Assembly (NCBI GenBank): GCA_934476455.1
Contig: CAKSNY010000001.1
Location: 23,673 to 87,672, forward strand
From: an uncultured Clostridia bacterium
GTDB taxonomy: Bacteria; Bacillota; Clostridia; UMGS1883
Length of the DNA stretch: 64,000 nucleotides
Direction of reading: 5' to 3'
The notes under the pieces were generated by a model that worked only from the letters and a program-made list of their open reading frames with translations, ran no database searches and was not told the DNA's origin. How positions within the stretch are numbered: the stretch's first letter is position 1; each line of letters begins with the position of its first letter. Shown in pieces: positions 1 to 9,329 of the stretch. A program made the translations under genes and the position numbers.

Positions 1-159
1 GATACAAAAGAGCGGAAAAAATATGGAAGCACGTGCGCTTAGTGAGTACTACAACAAAAAAATAAGAATAAAACAAAAAATTTGATTTCAAGAAGCGGTC
101 CTGCTGTAACTGTTGTATGAATAAATAGCTGCCGATTTCTCAGAAAGAAGGGTGTTTTT

Positions 160-480
160 TTGAAGGTGGCGGAAGCCTATATACGTGTTTCTACTGAAGA
201 CCAGATTGAATTCAGTCCGGACAGTCAGTTAGAAAAAATAAAATTTTATGCAGAAAGAAATCAAATTTTGTTACCTGAAGACTTTATATTTTTAGACGAG
301 GGCATTGGCGGAAAAAATGCGGCTAAACGACCGGCATTTAATGAAATGACTGGTATTGCAAAACGTAAGCCAAAGCCGTTTGACGTTATCTTAGTTTGGA
401 AATACAGCCGATTTGCACGAACCGTGAAGACAGCGTTGTTTATAAATCAATGCTTTTCTCTTCCAAATGTATACCTGTAA
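160..480 (+). pseudogene. Truncated serine recombinase (resolvase-domain) N-terminal fragment
   Basis: The 106-aa ORF begins with a resolvase catalytic-serine motif (AYIRVSTEDQ ... SPDSQ ... DVILVWKYSRFAR). It then diverges and stops well short of a complete resolvase domain or a large serine recombinase. TTG start. Its 3' end overlaps the 3' end of the convergent AraC gene. Confidence 0.5.
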
Positions 481-1727
481 TCCCGCGGGGTGTAGCCCGT
501 AAGCGAGTGAAAGACGCGCGAAAAGCTGTTATATGAACCAAACCCAACCTTCTTTGCAACGTCGTTAATTTTATCGTTTGTGGAGGAGAGAAGCTCTTTT
601 GCTATTTTAATTCGGTATTCGCTGAGATATTGTGAAAATCCGATACCGTTGCTCTTTTTAAATACCGTTGAAATATACGGCGCCGACAACCCGAGCTTTT
701 TTGCAACAAGTGTAATCGTTACGGATGAATCGCTGTAATTCTTCCTGACAAAACCTATGATATATTTTTTGATTTGCTCGCTTTGGTCAAGCGAATAGTC
801 GGGGATAGCGGTAAAAAGAAAGGAATATAAGTTTATAATATACTCTTTCAAATATTCCGTGCGGTATTCATCCTCGATTATGCCCAGTGTATCTGTAATA
901 TCATAGCTTAAATCCGATTTTTTGCAGATTTTTACAAAGGTGTTTATAAGAAGAAGTATAAGGCGCTTCATTGACGAATTTGACAGGTTTTTATTGTTTG
1001 CAAATATATTTTCCAAAACATTTACGGCAAATGTTTTGTTTTTTATCTGCATACATTCAAGCATGGTGGTTTCAAGCTTGTCGGAAAGCTGTATATTTTC
1101 ATTTCCGGGCTGCTCCATAGAACCATATATATAGAGCGTATTGGAGCAAGCCCCGTATTTAACGGCGTTTTCCGCCAATGTGAGAGAGCTTGTAAGCTTG
1201 GCAAAGCAATCGCATATTTCGCCTATGCCTATTACTGAAAACAATCCATAGGTATCTCGCAGCCAGTCGTGAATTTCTATGGCAAATAAAAATAAATTTT
1301 CTTCCGTAAGAGTATCGGAATTTACAATCAGACAGTAGCTTTTATTGCCGTACGGAAAATAATTGACGGACAATGAAGTGTTTTTTTGTATAAACAAATT
1401 CAGGTATTCGTCCATATCTGTGGGAACAACTGTTTTTAAAACCAAAACGGAAAACATTTTATAAGAAAATCTTTTCTCCAGGGAAAGGTCAGCTTCAGAT
1501 GACTTGAAAAAGCGTATAAGCTTTTGTCTGAACTCATAATTTTCGTTATCCTGTTTTATTTCAAGCACCGCGTTTGAAAGGCGGTCAAGCGCGTTTTTGT
1601 TTTCGTACCGATAGGATCTGTCAGGAACCAGTTTTTGCAGAATCTTTTTTATCGGAGAAGAATTTTTCCAACTGAAATAATATCCCGACAAAACACCCAA
1701 AAACGTTATAATAAATAACATAAGCAC
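447..1727 (-). CDS. AraC-family transcriptional regulator, membrane-anchored (N-terminal TM helix, C-terminal HTH)
   Basis: The N-terminus (MLMLFIITFLGVLSGYYFSW) is hydrophobic. The C-terminus has the AraC double-HTH signature (VAKKLGLSAPYISTVFKK ... GFGSYNSFSRVFHSLTGYTPRDYR). Confidence 0.8.
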   Translation of the reverse strand: MLMLFIITFLGVLSGYYFSWKNSSPIKKILQKLVPDRSYRYENKNALDRLSNAVLEIKQDNENYEFRQKLIRFFKSSEADLSLEKRFSYKMFSVLVLKTVVPTDMDEYLNLFIQKNTSLSVNYFPYGNKSYCLIVNSDTLTEENLFLFAIEIHDWLRDTYGLFSVIGIGEICDCFAKLTSSLTLAENAVKYGACSNTLYIYGSMEQPGNENIQLSDKLETTMLECMQIKNKTFAVNVLENIFANNKNLSNSSMKRLILLLINTFVKICKKSDLSYDITDTLGIIEDEYRTEYLKEYIINLYSFLFTAIPDYSLDQSEQIKKYIIGFVRKNYSDSSVTITLVAKKLGLSAPYISTVFKKSNGIGFSQYLSEYRIKIAKELLSSTNDKINDVAKKVGFGSYNSFSRVFHSLTGYTPRDYRYTFGREKH

Positions 1728-1776
1728 GAATACAAATCGTAGATGCCGTAACTCCTTTAAGACAACGGATTTTGAT

Positions 1777-2229
1777 TCAACGAGAAGGTATGTTCCGTCT
1801 AAACGGTTTGAGCGTGCTTATACTGCCGGAATCTGTAAGTATATATTCAAGCGCGGGATTATATACAAAACAAAAATCAATTATGTTAATATGCCCTTTA
1901 AGGTTTGAAAGCGTTGTTGTAATTCCGACCTGGCTGTTTATCTTTTCAATTTCTTTTATGTAACCGTTACCGCTCATATTTTGGAACAGCGTGGTGCTTT
2001 CAAGAATGTTGTTTATTTGATTATCGATAATATACTGTGCATACAGAACGCTGTTTTCGTTAAGCTCTGTTTGTTTTGAAAGCATCGCATTGTAAGAATG
2101 TGAATAAAACAACGAAAAAAACAGTGCTGCAAGAGTAACAATGAACAAATAGCCGGTGAAAAATCTGAAGAACAGCCGGCTTTTATATAAGTGAACTATT
2201 TTTTTTATAATGCTGTTTATTAAATTCAT
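1777..2229 (-). CDS. Membrane protein with an N-terminal TM helix and a sensor-like extracytoplasmic segment; possibly the detached N-terminal portion of the downstream AraC sensor
   Basis: A TM helix (LFIVTLAALFFSLFY) is followed by a segment resembling the start of the periplasmic sensor region in the 777-aa AraC sensor at 42120..44453. It sits 50 bp upstream of the AraC gene in a different frame. Confidence 0.4.
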   Translation of the reverse strand: MNLINSIIKKIVHLYKSRLFFRFFTGYLFIVTLAALFFSLFYSHSYNAMLSKQTELNENSVLYAQYIIDNQINNILESTTLFQNMSGNGYIKEIEKINSQVGITTTLSNLKGHINIIDFCFVYNPALEYILTDSGSISTLKPFRRNIPSR

Positions 2230-2354
2230 AAAAACATACTCCCGTCAAACCTGTATACAACAATGCAACATGAGGGAAGATACCCGCCACACACAGTATA
2301 TCACATCAGAAAATTGCCGTCAACAAATGTGCAAAAGGAAATTTATTCCATGGC

Positions 2355-4898
2355 TTACTTAAGAATATCGTTCCAGCTTAAGGGCAGTGTGCCGATTGAA
2401 TTGTTTATGCTGCCGTCAAAATCAAGAATATAGGTTTTTACACGCGAGCCGTCATCAAGGTGAAGCCCCGTTTGGCAGCGGCCTATACAATCCACAATAT
2501 ACTTAGGCTGTGTTGCGGGTGCCTGTGCAAGGGCAGCGCTTGTATCATCAGAGGCATACTGAAAAGAAATATCCGTGTTTGATATTTCTGCAACGCAGCC
2601 GATGCTGATGCTGTAGGTATTGTGAACGTCTGCAACAATCGGACCGTTGCAGTTTTTATATTTTCCGCCCACGCGCAGAATTTTTATGGCGTCGTGCGCG
2701 GTTGAGGCGTTTTCGTTTTTCTGAGCGGTTGCACCCGAAAGCATATATACTCCGCAATCGTACGCTGTGCAGTTTATTTCTGCCGCAAGACTGTCGCAGG
2801 AGGAAGAATGATAATTAAATCCGTCCTTGGAAGGGTATGCGGCAATACAGTTAATAACATAGGCAGAGTATTTTCCGCTTACCTCAAACGTATTTGTTTT
2901 ACCTCTGTAAAATTTTGAATTAAATACGTAAAGTGAGGAAGCGGCATCCGCAAAATTAAGCTTGTAGCATCCGCCGAAAAAGCCGAGATTATTAAGAACA
3001 GTCATTTTGCCTGTATATCCGTCAAACTTTGCCATTGACCATTCGCGTAGCAAACGTATATTTTCAATGCTTTTATCGTCAAACGGATTAACATAATATT
3101 TGCTGTCATCAAAGAAAAATGAACCCGGTACAGCCTTGCAGCTTTCAATGTTTGCGGCAAGGGTGTAGGGATGTGGCATACCGTTCTTATCGGCAAAAGA
3201 AAAGTCAACCGGGAAAAGGTATTTTGTCGGGGATTCGGCAGTCGTGCAGGAATACAGCCCGTCTGAATAAGTAAAGCTGCAATCTGTCAGCTTTCCGAGC
3301 CAGGAAAAATTTGCGTCGCTTTTGCTTTGTATAAGAATGTTACTTTTTTTTGTATTTAATTCGGCAATAATGCTGTTTAAATCCTCGGTGTAAACATTGT
3401 CGCAAATATTAAGCACGCAACTTTCTATGCTGCTGTATGATTTAATGGAGTTGAGGCATTGTGCCGCCGAAACCCCCTTTGAGCTGTCAAGTGACAAATC
3501 AAATGAAAGCTGTGCCGTTCCGAAAACGTTTGCGGCTGTTACTTCCAATAAATTTTTCCCCGAAATGCTGTAGCATTTCGGGGAGTTTTTTACTATTTCA
3601 AACGGCAGCGAGGGAAAGTCGGAAGCAAGCGAAATAACCGCTTGCTTTGTCACCGTAGAAACATCGCTTTCCCCAAGCGGAGAGAGGGTGTCTGTTGTCC
3701 AGACAAACATTTTAAGCTTATATACGTTTTCACTGAGAGCAGTGCCTATCGTTTTATCGGCATAGTCCTTTGACGCACCGCTTGAAAGGGACAGTGATTC
3801 GGAATTTACCTTAACAAGCCTTCCGTCGGTATCGTAAAGTGCAAAGATAACCGCAGCATTGTCCGGGGAAGCCGTCCCGCTTCCGTTTTTAACCGACGCG
3901 GAATATGTAACCGTTCCGTTTTCAAGCTTACACGAGGTTATGTCTGCAAGAAAGCCGCTAAACGCATCAACGGATGTATTGGATGAAACGTGTTCGCCGA
4001 AACTTGAAGTTCCCTTTGCGTATACATTATATGTTTTTCCGGGCGTTAACGTGTTTGCCGAAGCTGTAAACGTTCCGTTTCCGTCGGACGTTCCGTCTGC
4101 AATAAGCGTATCGTCGTCTGCATTGTAAAAGGAAACGGATTTAAAAGCCCCGCCGACAAAATCTGCTGTAATCGCAGAAAGCTTTACACCTTCCTCTTTT
4201 GAATAGCTGCCTTGTACGGTAAATGTCTGCGGATAAGGAGCGGCAATGCTTCCGTTCGCATATAGCTCTATTTCATTTATGTATAACTGTTCATTCCTCG
4301 GTATGTAAAGCTTAAAGTCTTTACCGGTAACAGCGCTTGAAAGTGTAATAACAGTTCTTCTGAATTCGCCGCTTTTCTTATAGTCTACAGAGGACGCGGT
4401 AATTGCAGCTTCCGTAAAGTCGTTATCATTCCACCAAGAATTTGAAGAAGCAGCATATAAAAAGGAAGGTACGGAAGAATCCGAAAGCAGTCCATCCCCG
4501 TTGGATGCCTTTCTGGTCGTTATAACTATTTGCTTAACGGTTTTTTCTTCACTGAACTTAATTCTGAAAGAAGCTTTATTTCCCCCGCTTTTGCTTATTG
4601 AATGACAGTTGGAGGTGTTTATCAGACTGCCGTCAATTATGGCAGCATTTTCTGCTGGTGTTTCTGCTGAAGAGCTTGGCTGAATAAGCACACCGCACTT
4701 TACGTTTGTGCCGCCAACCGTCGGTGTTGTGGTTGTACGTGTAACTGCCGCACCGGTTAAAAGATTTTTGGCGGTGTCGTAGTCGGCTGTTTCTGCCGCG
4801 TTTGCGCAAATACCCGTTGTAAGTACAGCGGAAACGGCAAAAGCTGCGGACAAAAATACACAAGAAGCTTTTTTGAAAAATTTTAATGTAAATTCCAT
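2355..4898 (-). CDS. Secreted protein with N-terminal discoidin (F5/8 type C)-like domain; C-terminal region of unknown function
   Basis: Start moved to the internal ATG (MEFTLKFFKKASCVFLSAAFAVSA), which gives a signal peptide and is preceded by AAGGAG. The N-terminal ~180 aa are paralogous to the N-termini of the 9330, 18301 and 11678 proteins (DYDTAKNLLTGA ... ASFRIKFS ... VITTRK ... INEIELY). Confidence 0.6.
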   Translation of the reverse strand: MEFTLKFFKKASCVFLSAAFAVSAVLTTGICANAAETADYDTAKNLLTGAAVTRTTTTPTVGGTNVKCGVLIQPSSSAETPAENAAIIDGSLINTSNCHSISKSGGNKASFRIKFSEEKTVKQIVITTRKASNGDGLLSDSSVPSFLYAASSNSWWNDNDFTEAAITASSVDYKKSGEFRRTVITLSSAVTGKDFKLYIPRNEQLYINEIELYANGSIAAPYPQTFTVQGSYSKEEGVKLSAITADFVGGAFKSVSFYNADDDTLIADGTSDGNGTFTASANTLTPGKTYNVYAKGTSSFGEHVSSNTSVDAFSGFLADITSCKLENGTVTYSASVKNGSGTASPDNAAVIFALYDTDGRLVKVNSESLSLSSGASKDYADKTIGTALSENVYKLKMFVWTTDTLSPLGESDVSTVTKQAVISLASDFPSLPFEIVKNSPKCYSISGKNLLEVTAANVFGTAQLSFDLSLDSSKGVSAAQCLNSIKSYSSIESCVLNICDNVYTEDLNSIIAELNTKKSNILIQSKSDANFSWLGKLTDCSFTYSDGLYSCTTAESPTKYLFPVDFSFADKNGMPHPYTLAANIESCKAVPGSFFFDDSKYYVNPFDDKSIENIRLLREWSMAKFDGYTGKMTVLNNLGFFGGCYKLNFADAASSLYVFNSKFYRGKTNTFEVSGKYSAYVINCIAAYPSKDGFNYHSSSCDSLAAEINCTAYDCGVYMLSGATAQKNENASTAHDAIKILRVGGKYKNCNGPIVADVHNTYSISIGCVAEISNTDISFQYASDDTSAALAQAPATQPKYIVDCIGRCQTGLHLDDGSRVKTYILDFDGSINNSIGTLPLSWNDILK

Positions 4899-5050
4899 TT
4901 TAATTCTCCTTATTTTAAAATTGGTCTTTTTTGCAAGACGGCAATCTAAACCATATATAATGTAGCACAAACAATGCTTAAAAATAAAGGGACACTTTCT
5001 TGCTAAAAGGTAATTTGCAAAACAAAAAGGCAAAAAATAAAAAAATGGTG

Positions 5051-5089
5051 CAAAAATAAAAAAATGGTGCTTTTGGGATTGAGCTTTTA
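5051..5089. repeat. Tandem direct repeat (2 x ~19-20 bp, caaaaa(a)taaaaaaatggtg) in divergent intergenic region
   Basis: The repeat is read directly from the sequence. It lies between the divergently transcribed 2355..4898 and 5183..7843 genes. Confidence 0.6.
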
Positions 5090-5112
5090 ACCGTTTCTAA
5101 ATGTTTTGCTGA

Positions 5113-5141
5113 TTGAAAAACACAGTTCAAAATGATATATT
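5113..5141 (+). promoter_or_regulatory. Candidate sigma-A type promoter (TTGAAA - 17 bp - TATATT) for the beta-helix hydrolase gene
   Basis: The -35 and -10 hexamers with a 17-bp spacer lie ~45 bp upstream of the start codon. Confidence 0.3.
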
Positions 5142-5182
5142 AACACTGCAAGACGGCAAAGAAAATCGAACGGGAGGGAGAA

Positions 5183-7843
5183 ATGCCTATGAAATTGTAT
5201 GTATTCCGATTGAAGCGGCTTGCCGCATATGTAACTGCACTGGCTGCTGTGATTGGAATGTTAGGAGGGTTAAATGCAAAAGCAAGCGCGCCGAGCGGAG
5301 AGGTTACGGTATATCCGTTTGCCGTATGCGATGAAAAAAGCGAATTATTTTTTGTAAGGGCAAATGATAAAGAAGTAGGCGTTGTTCATTTTACCGATTA
5401 CCATTATGCACATTTTTCGTTTTCAGGGGCTGTTGATATAGAAGTAACGGCACCCGAAAAGATTGAAAAGGCAGATATCAGCCCGCACAGTGCGAATGTT
5501 AATTATACGGTTTCTGAAAACAAGCTTACCTTTACTGTTACAGGCGGAAAGGAAAAGCCCGATTATTACATTATAAGAATAAATGATCTGGAGCTTTTGA
5601 ATATCTTGTGCGATCCGCCGGAGGAAAACCGCCCGATGCCGCAGGGAAAAAATATTTATAACGTTACGGATGAACCGTACAATATGGATAACAGCGGTAA
5701 AGAAAACCTAACGCAGAAAATAAACACTTTGATTGAAGAAGTCGGAAAAAACGGGGGAGGGACTATATACTTTCCACCGGGTGTGTACAAAACAGCAGGC
5801 AGACTGTTGGTGAAATATGACAACATTCACATATATCTTTCGGGAGGCGCGGTTATAAAATGCTCCGAGGACAGGAAAGACTACGACAGCGTGGCATATA
5901 CGGATTTTGCCCTTGTTTTTGAAGATACTGCAAATTGCAGCCTGACAGGGCGGGGAACATTGGACGCGAGCGGAAGCTTCCTTTTTAATAAAACACCGAA
6001 TTCTGCCGACGGAAAATACCCCGAACGCAGGCAGGTATTTATTGCGTCACGCTGCAAAAACTTTTTGCTTGACGGAATTTTTGTAAAAGACGGCACAACA
6101 TGGACGGTGCAAACGTGGGATTGCGATGACGTTCTGATAAGAAATGTAAAAGTAATAGACTTAAAAGCGTCGGCAGGGTACATAGTGCAAAACGATGGAA
6201 TTGACATATGCGGTTCAAGAAACGTGCTTGTTGAAAAGTGCTTTGTTATGAATGTAGACGATGCTTTCTGTTCAAAATCCATAGGATCGGCAAGTGAGGT
6301 AAAAAACATTGTTGCGGCAAATAACGTTTTGTTCAGCAACTGTGCGGGGCTTAAGGTCGGAATGCAGTCATGGACGCGTATGTACGATGTATGGATGATT
6401 GATAACGATATTGTAGAGGCAAGCCGCGGCTTCGGTGTTGAGCAGCTGGCAGGCAATGCCGTGATGTATGACATCCACTTTATTAACAACAATGTTGAAA
6501 AAATTGTTGACTATGTTCCACCGGTATACAGCGCGGTTAAAGGCAGAAATATGGAGTTTAACACAACAACGGCATCACAGATTAAAATTGAAATTGTAAA
6601 CTGCAATTTTGAAGAAAACAAGCAAATAATATTTGATGCAAAAAATGCAAATATTATTTCCGATGTTAATTTTTCAAACGTTACGTTTGCCGGAAAGAAA
6701 GTGACAGATACATCGTTCTTTTCATTCACGAAGGACTGTCAGGAGTCTGTGAAAAATATATCTTTTGACGAAAAGGAAATATCGTACGTTATCGATTTTA
6801 ACGATACAAACGGACACTGGGCAAGAAACAGCATTGTTTCGGCTGCAAGAAAGGGAATTATACAAGGTGTCGGAAACAGCAATTTTGCGCCGGAGGAAGG
6901 TTTGACCCGTGCAGATTTTATAATATTGCTGCTGCGTGCTTTGCAGGTTTCGCCGGGTGAAGGTACATATTCTTATGATGACGTGGACAGTAATTCATAT
7001 TACGCAAAATTTGTAAGCTGCGCAAAAGAAACGGGCATAATAAAACAGGCGTCGGGCAATTTCAGACCGACAGAGACCGTGAGCCGTGAGGAAGCGGCAG
7101 AGTTTATAATGAATGCAGCCGACGCTTTTTATGCACAATACCAAGATGGAACGGAAAAAGAGCTTGAGCAGTTTATTGATAAGGATGAAATAGGAACAGA
7201 TTATGTTAAGATTTTAGCGAGTGCGGTTAAAAACAGTATTATTGTCGGGGACGGCGGATGTATATACCCAAAGGAGAAGCTTACCCGTGCAGAGGGCGCT
7301 ATAATACTGACCAGAGCAAGAAATTTAATAAACGCGGAATTTGCACGGCTTGCGGAGGAAGCGGTATTACCCGTTGTTGACGACAATGCTTTAATGGACG
7401 ACGAGCCGTACATTGCGGAATCTGTAGAAAAGGGCTTTTCATACACAACGCCCGAAGCGCTTATGAATACAAGCGGAGTTATTGCCGCACAGGACGGTGT
7501 TTTCAGCATAATTTGCGGAGGTAAGGGAAACGTATATTGGAATCCGTCTATCGATAAAAGCGGTAGGGTTGAAGTTATGGTATGGATTCCGGGAAATTCT
7601 TCGTCCGTGAAGCAAACTTACACGGTATGCTATAACAACAGAGCGACGCAAAAGATAATCGCGCCGTACGATTATGAAAAAAGCCAATGGGTAAGTCTTG
7701 GAGAATACACTTTCTCGGGACAGGGAAACGAATATTTGATGCTTTCGTGTCCCGGTAACGGCAAAAATTCGAGAATTGCAGAGACGAAATTTATTTTAAA
7801 GGACTACGGCGACGAGGAAATTCTGATAAAGCACTCACGATAA
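5183..7843 (+). CDS. Secreted right-handed beta-helix glycoside hydrolase/lyase (pectate-lyase superfamily, GH28-related) with C-terminal SLH domains
   Basis: A signal peptide is present. GGGTIYFPPGVY matches the N-terminal motif of the Pectate_lyase_3 family. NDGIDICGS and VDDAFCSKS are beta-helix catalytic-type motifs. The C-terminal half carries SLH-like repeats (ARNSIVSAARKGIIQG, SYYAKFVSCAKETGII ... TRAEGAIILTRA). Confidence 0.6.
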   Translation: MPMKLYVFRLKRLAAYVTALAAVIGMLGGLNAKASAPSGEVTVYPFAVCDEKSELFFVRANDKEVGVVHFTDYHYAHFSFSGAVDIEVTAPEKIEKADISPHSANVNYTVSENKLTFTVTGGKEKPDYYIIRINDLELLNILCDPPEENRPMPQGKNIYNVTDEPYNMDNSGKENLTQKINTLIEEVGKNGGGTIYFPPGVYKTAGRLLVKYDNIHIYLSGGAVIKCSEDRKDYDSVAYTDFALVFEDTANCSLTGRGTLDASGSFLFNKTPNSADGKYPERRQVFIASRCKNFLLDGIFVKDGTTWTVQTWDCDDVLIRNVKVIDLKASAGYIVQNDGIDICGSRNVLVEKCFVMNVDDAFCSKSIGSASEVKNIVAANNVLFSNCAGLKVGMQSWTRMYDVWMIDNDIVEASRGFGVEQLAGNAVMYDIHFINNNVEKIVDYVPPVYSAVKGRNMEFNTTTASQIKIEIVNCNFEENKQIIFDAKNANIISDVNFSNVTFAGKKVTDTSFFSFTKDCQESVKNISFDEKEISYVIDFNDTNGHWARNSIVSAARKGIIQGVGNSNFAPEEGLTRADFIILLLRALQVSPGEGTYSYDDVDSNSYYAKFVSCAKETGIIKQASGNFRPTETVSREEAAEFIMNAADAFYAQYQDGTEKELEQFIDKDEIGTDYVKILASAVKNSIIVGDGGCIYPKEKLTRAEGAIILTRARNLINAEFARLAEEAVLPVVDDNALMDDEPYIAESVEKGFSYTTPEALMNTSGVIAAQDGVFSIICGGKGNVYWNPSIDKSGRVEVMVWIPGNSSSVKQTYTVCYNNRATQKIIAPYDYEKSQWVSLGEYTFSGQGNEYLMLSCPGNGKNSRIAETKFILKDYGDEEILIKHSR

Positions 7844-7885
7844 AGGCGTATAAAATATAAACAGAGAGGCGGAAGCTAAAGAAAT

Positions 7886-9265
7886 ATGTGGATTTTATAT
7901 TTGCTTCTGACAATTGCATTTGTGCTGTTAGGGTATGAATATTTCAGGCAAAAGAAGATTTTGGCAGGCATTGAAAAAAGCCTTATGATAAATTGCAAAA
8001 AAGTTAAAACAAAGGATAAGGACCGTACCTTTGTTTTAACCGCGATTGAAAAAATGCTCCAAAATTGTAACAAGCTGGAGGAAAAAGCCCAAAAAGCCGA
8101 AAAATGCAATTTGTATTGCGAAGTTATGGACGCTGTATATAATGAAGCATCGGATGCTGAAGTATCAAAAAGAAATGATATGCAGATGTATGAGCATAGC
8201 GGCAAAAATTATATGGTGCTGATGCTCGGCAACTTAAGGCAACCGATGAAAGAGAGAAAGGATTTAACCGTAATTATAAGTAAAATTTTAAACCGCCGCC
8301 AAAAGAACGGAGAAATTTTTTTGGTAAACGACATATATATATGCGTTATATACTTTGACGAAGCAGATAAGGAAAACAATACAAAAGATGCTTACAATTT
8401 TGCAAATCATGTAATCAGATTATGTAAAAGATTATACGATTTCGATATTTTTGCAGCAATAGGCTCTGTAAAGAGAGATGCGAGTGAATTAAGGGAAGCC
8501 GTAAAAGAAGTAAAGAAAATATTTGATTACCACATAGTTCTCGGGACGGAATCCGTGTTAGACAGCGGAATTGTAGAAACCTATAATGGCGGCATTAAAA
8601 ACGGATACTACTATCCGTGCAGGGTTGATGCGGCAATTTCAAATTCTATAAAAAACGGCGACGTCACGGGTGCAATGGAAAAGATAGAAAAAATTACGGA
8701 AAGAAATTTCAGCGTCGAATCTTTAAGCCCGAAGGATGCCGAGCTGCTTTTCCTTAACATTCTTTTGTGTATAGACAGAAGCCTAAGAGAACTTAAAATA
8801 AATCTTTTGGACTTTGGCACTGTTAAAAATCGGCATATCGGCAGCAGCCCCGAACAATTTATGTGTTTTATAAATAATGTTTTATTGCAGGCTGAAACTG
8901 TTATAAAGCATGACAGGCAGCAGTCGGAAGCACTTTTTTATATCGAGGTTGAAGATTTTGTAAAAACGAATTTTTCGGATTGTACACTAAACATATCTTC
9001 AATTGCAGAGCATTTTAAAATATCGCCGACATATCTTTCAAAGGTATTTAAAGAACAAACGGGAAAACGCCTGTTTGATTATATAAGCGAATACAGAATA
9101 GAAGAGGCAAAAAAGCTTTTGAAAAAGGACAAGGCAACCGTTTTGGAGGTAATGAAAAAGGTAGGGTATTTTGACGCAAAAACATTTACCAGAAGCTTTA
9201 AAAATATTGTCGGAATTACGCCGGGAAAATACAAAAGCTTTGATGAAAAGGAATCGATTGAATAG
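7886..9265 (+). CDS. AraC-family transcriptional regulator, membrane-anchored
   Basis: The N-terminal TM helix is WILYLLLTIAFVLLGY. The C-terminal AraC HTH is IAEHFKISPTYLSKVFKEQTGK ... GYFDAKTFTRSFKNIVGITPGKYK. Confidence 0.8.
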   Translation: MWILYLLLTIAFVLLGYEYFRQKKILAGIEKSLMINCKKVKTKDKDRTFVLTAIEKMLQNCNKLEEKAQKAEKCNLYCEVMDAVYNEASDAEVSKRNDMQMYEHSGKNYMVLMLGNLRQPMKERKDLTVIISKILNRRQKNGEIFLVNDIYICVIYFDEADKENNTKDAYNFANHVIRLCKRLYDFDIFAAIGSVKRDASELREAVKEVKKIFDYHIVLGTESVLDSGIVETYNGGIKNGYYYPCRVDAAISNSIKNGDVTGAMEKIEKITERNFSVESLSPKDAELLFLNILLCIDRSLRELKINLLDFGTVKNRHIGSSPEQFMCFINNVLLQAETVIKHDRQQSEALFYIEVEDFVKTNFSDCTLNISSIAEHFKISPTYLSKVFKEQTGKRLFDYISEYRIEEAKKLLKKDKATVLEVMKKVGYFDAKTFTRSFKNIVGITPGKYKSFDEKESIE

Positions 9266-9329
9266 CGCTTTACTATACAGCACAGTTAGCTTATATACAG
9301 CTTGTACGCATCACGGGAGGGATTTTGTA

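Noticed and set aside
1-160. Short frame ending at ~106 (... NMEARALSEYYNKKIRIKQKI*) at the very start of the window
   Set aside because: Only ~30 codons are visible. It could be the C-terminus of an upstream gene, but there is too little sequence to call.
4899-5033. 5' extension of the minus-strand 2355..5033 ORF (MPFCFANYLL ...)
   Set aside because: The internal ATG at 4898 is preceded by AAGGAG and begins a signal peptide. The extension contains no plausible features.
5051-5089. CRISPR array
   Set aside because: Only two tandem copies with no spacers, and there are no cas genes anywhere in the window.
9171-9329. 5' extension of the 9171..11672 ORF (MTQKHLPEAL ...) overlapping the upstream AraC gene
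   Set aside because: It has no signal peptide and no ribosome-binding site. The internal ATG at 9330 follows GGGAGGG and yields a canonical signal peptide, so the extension is an ORF-caller artefact.
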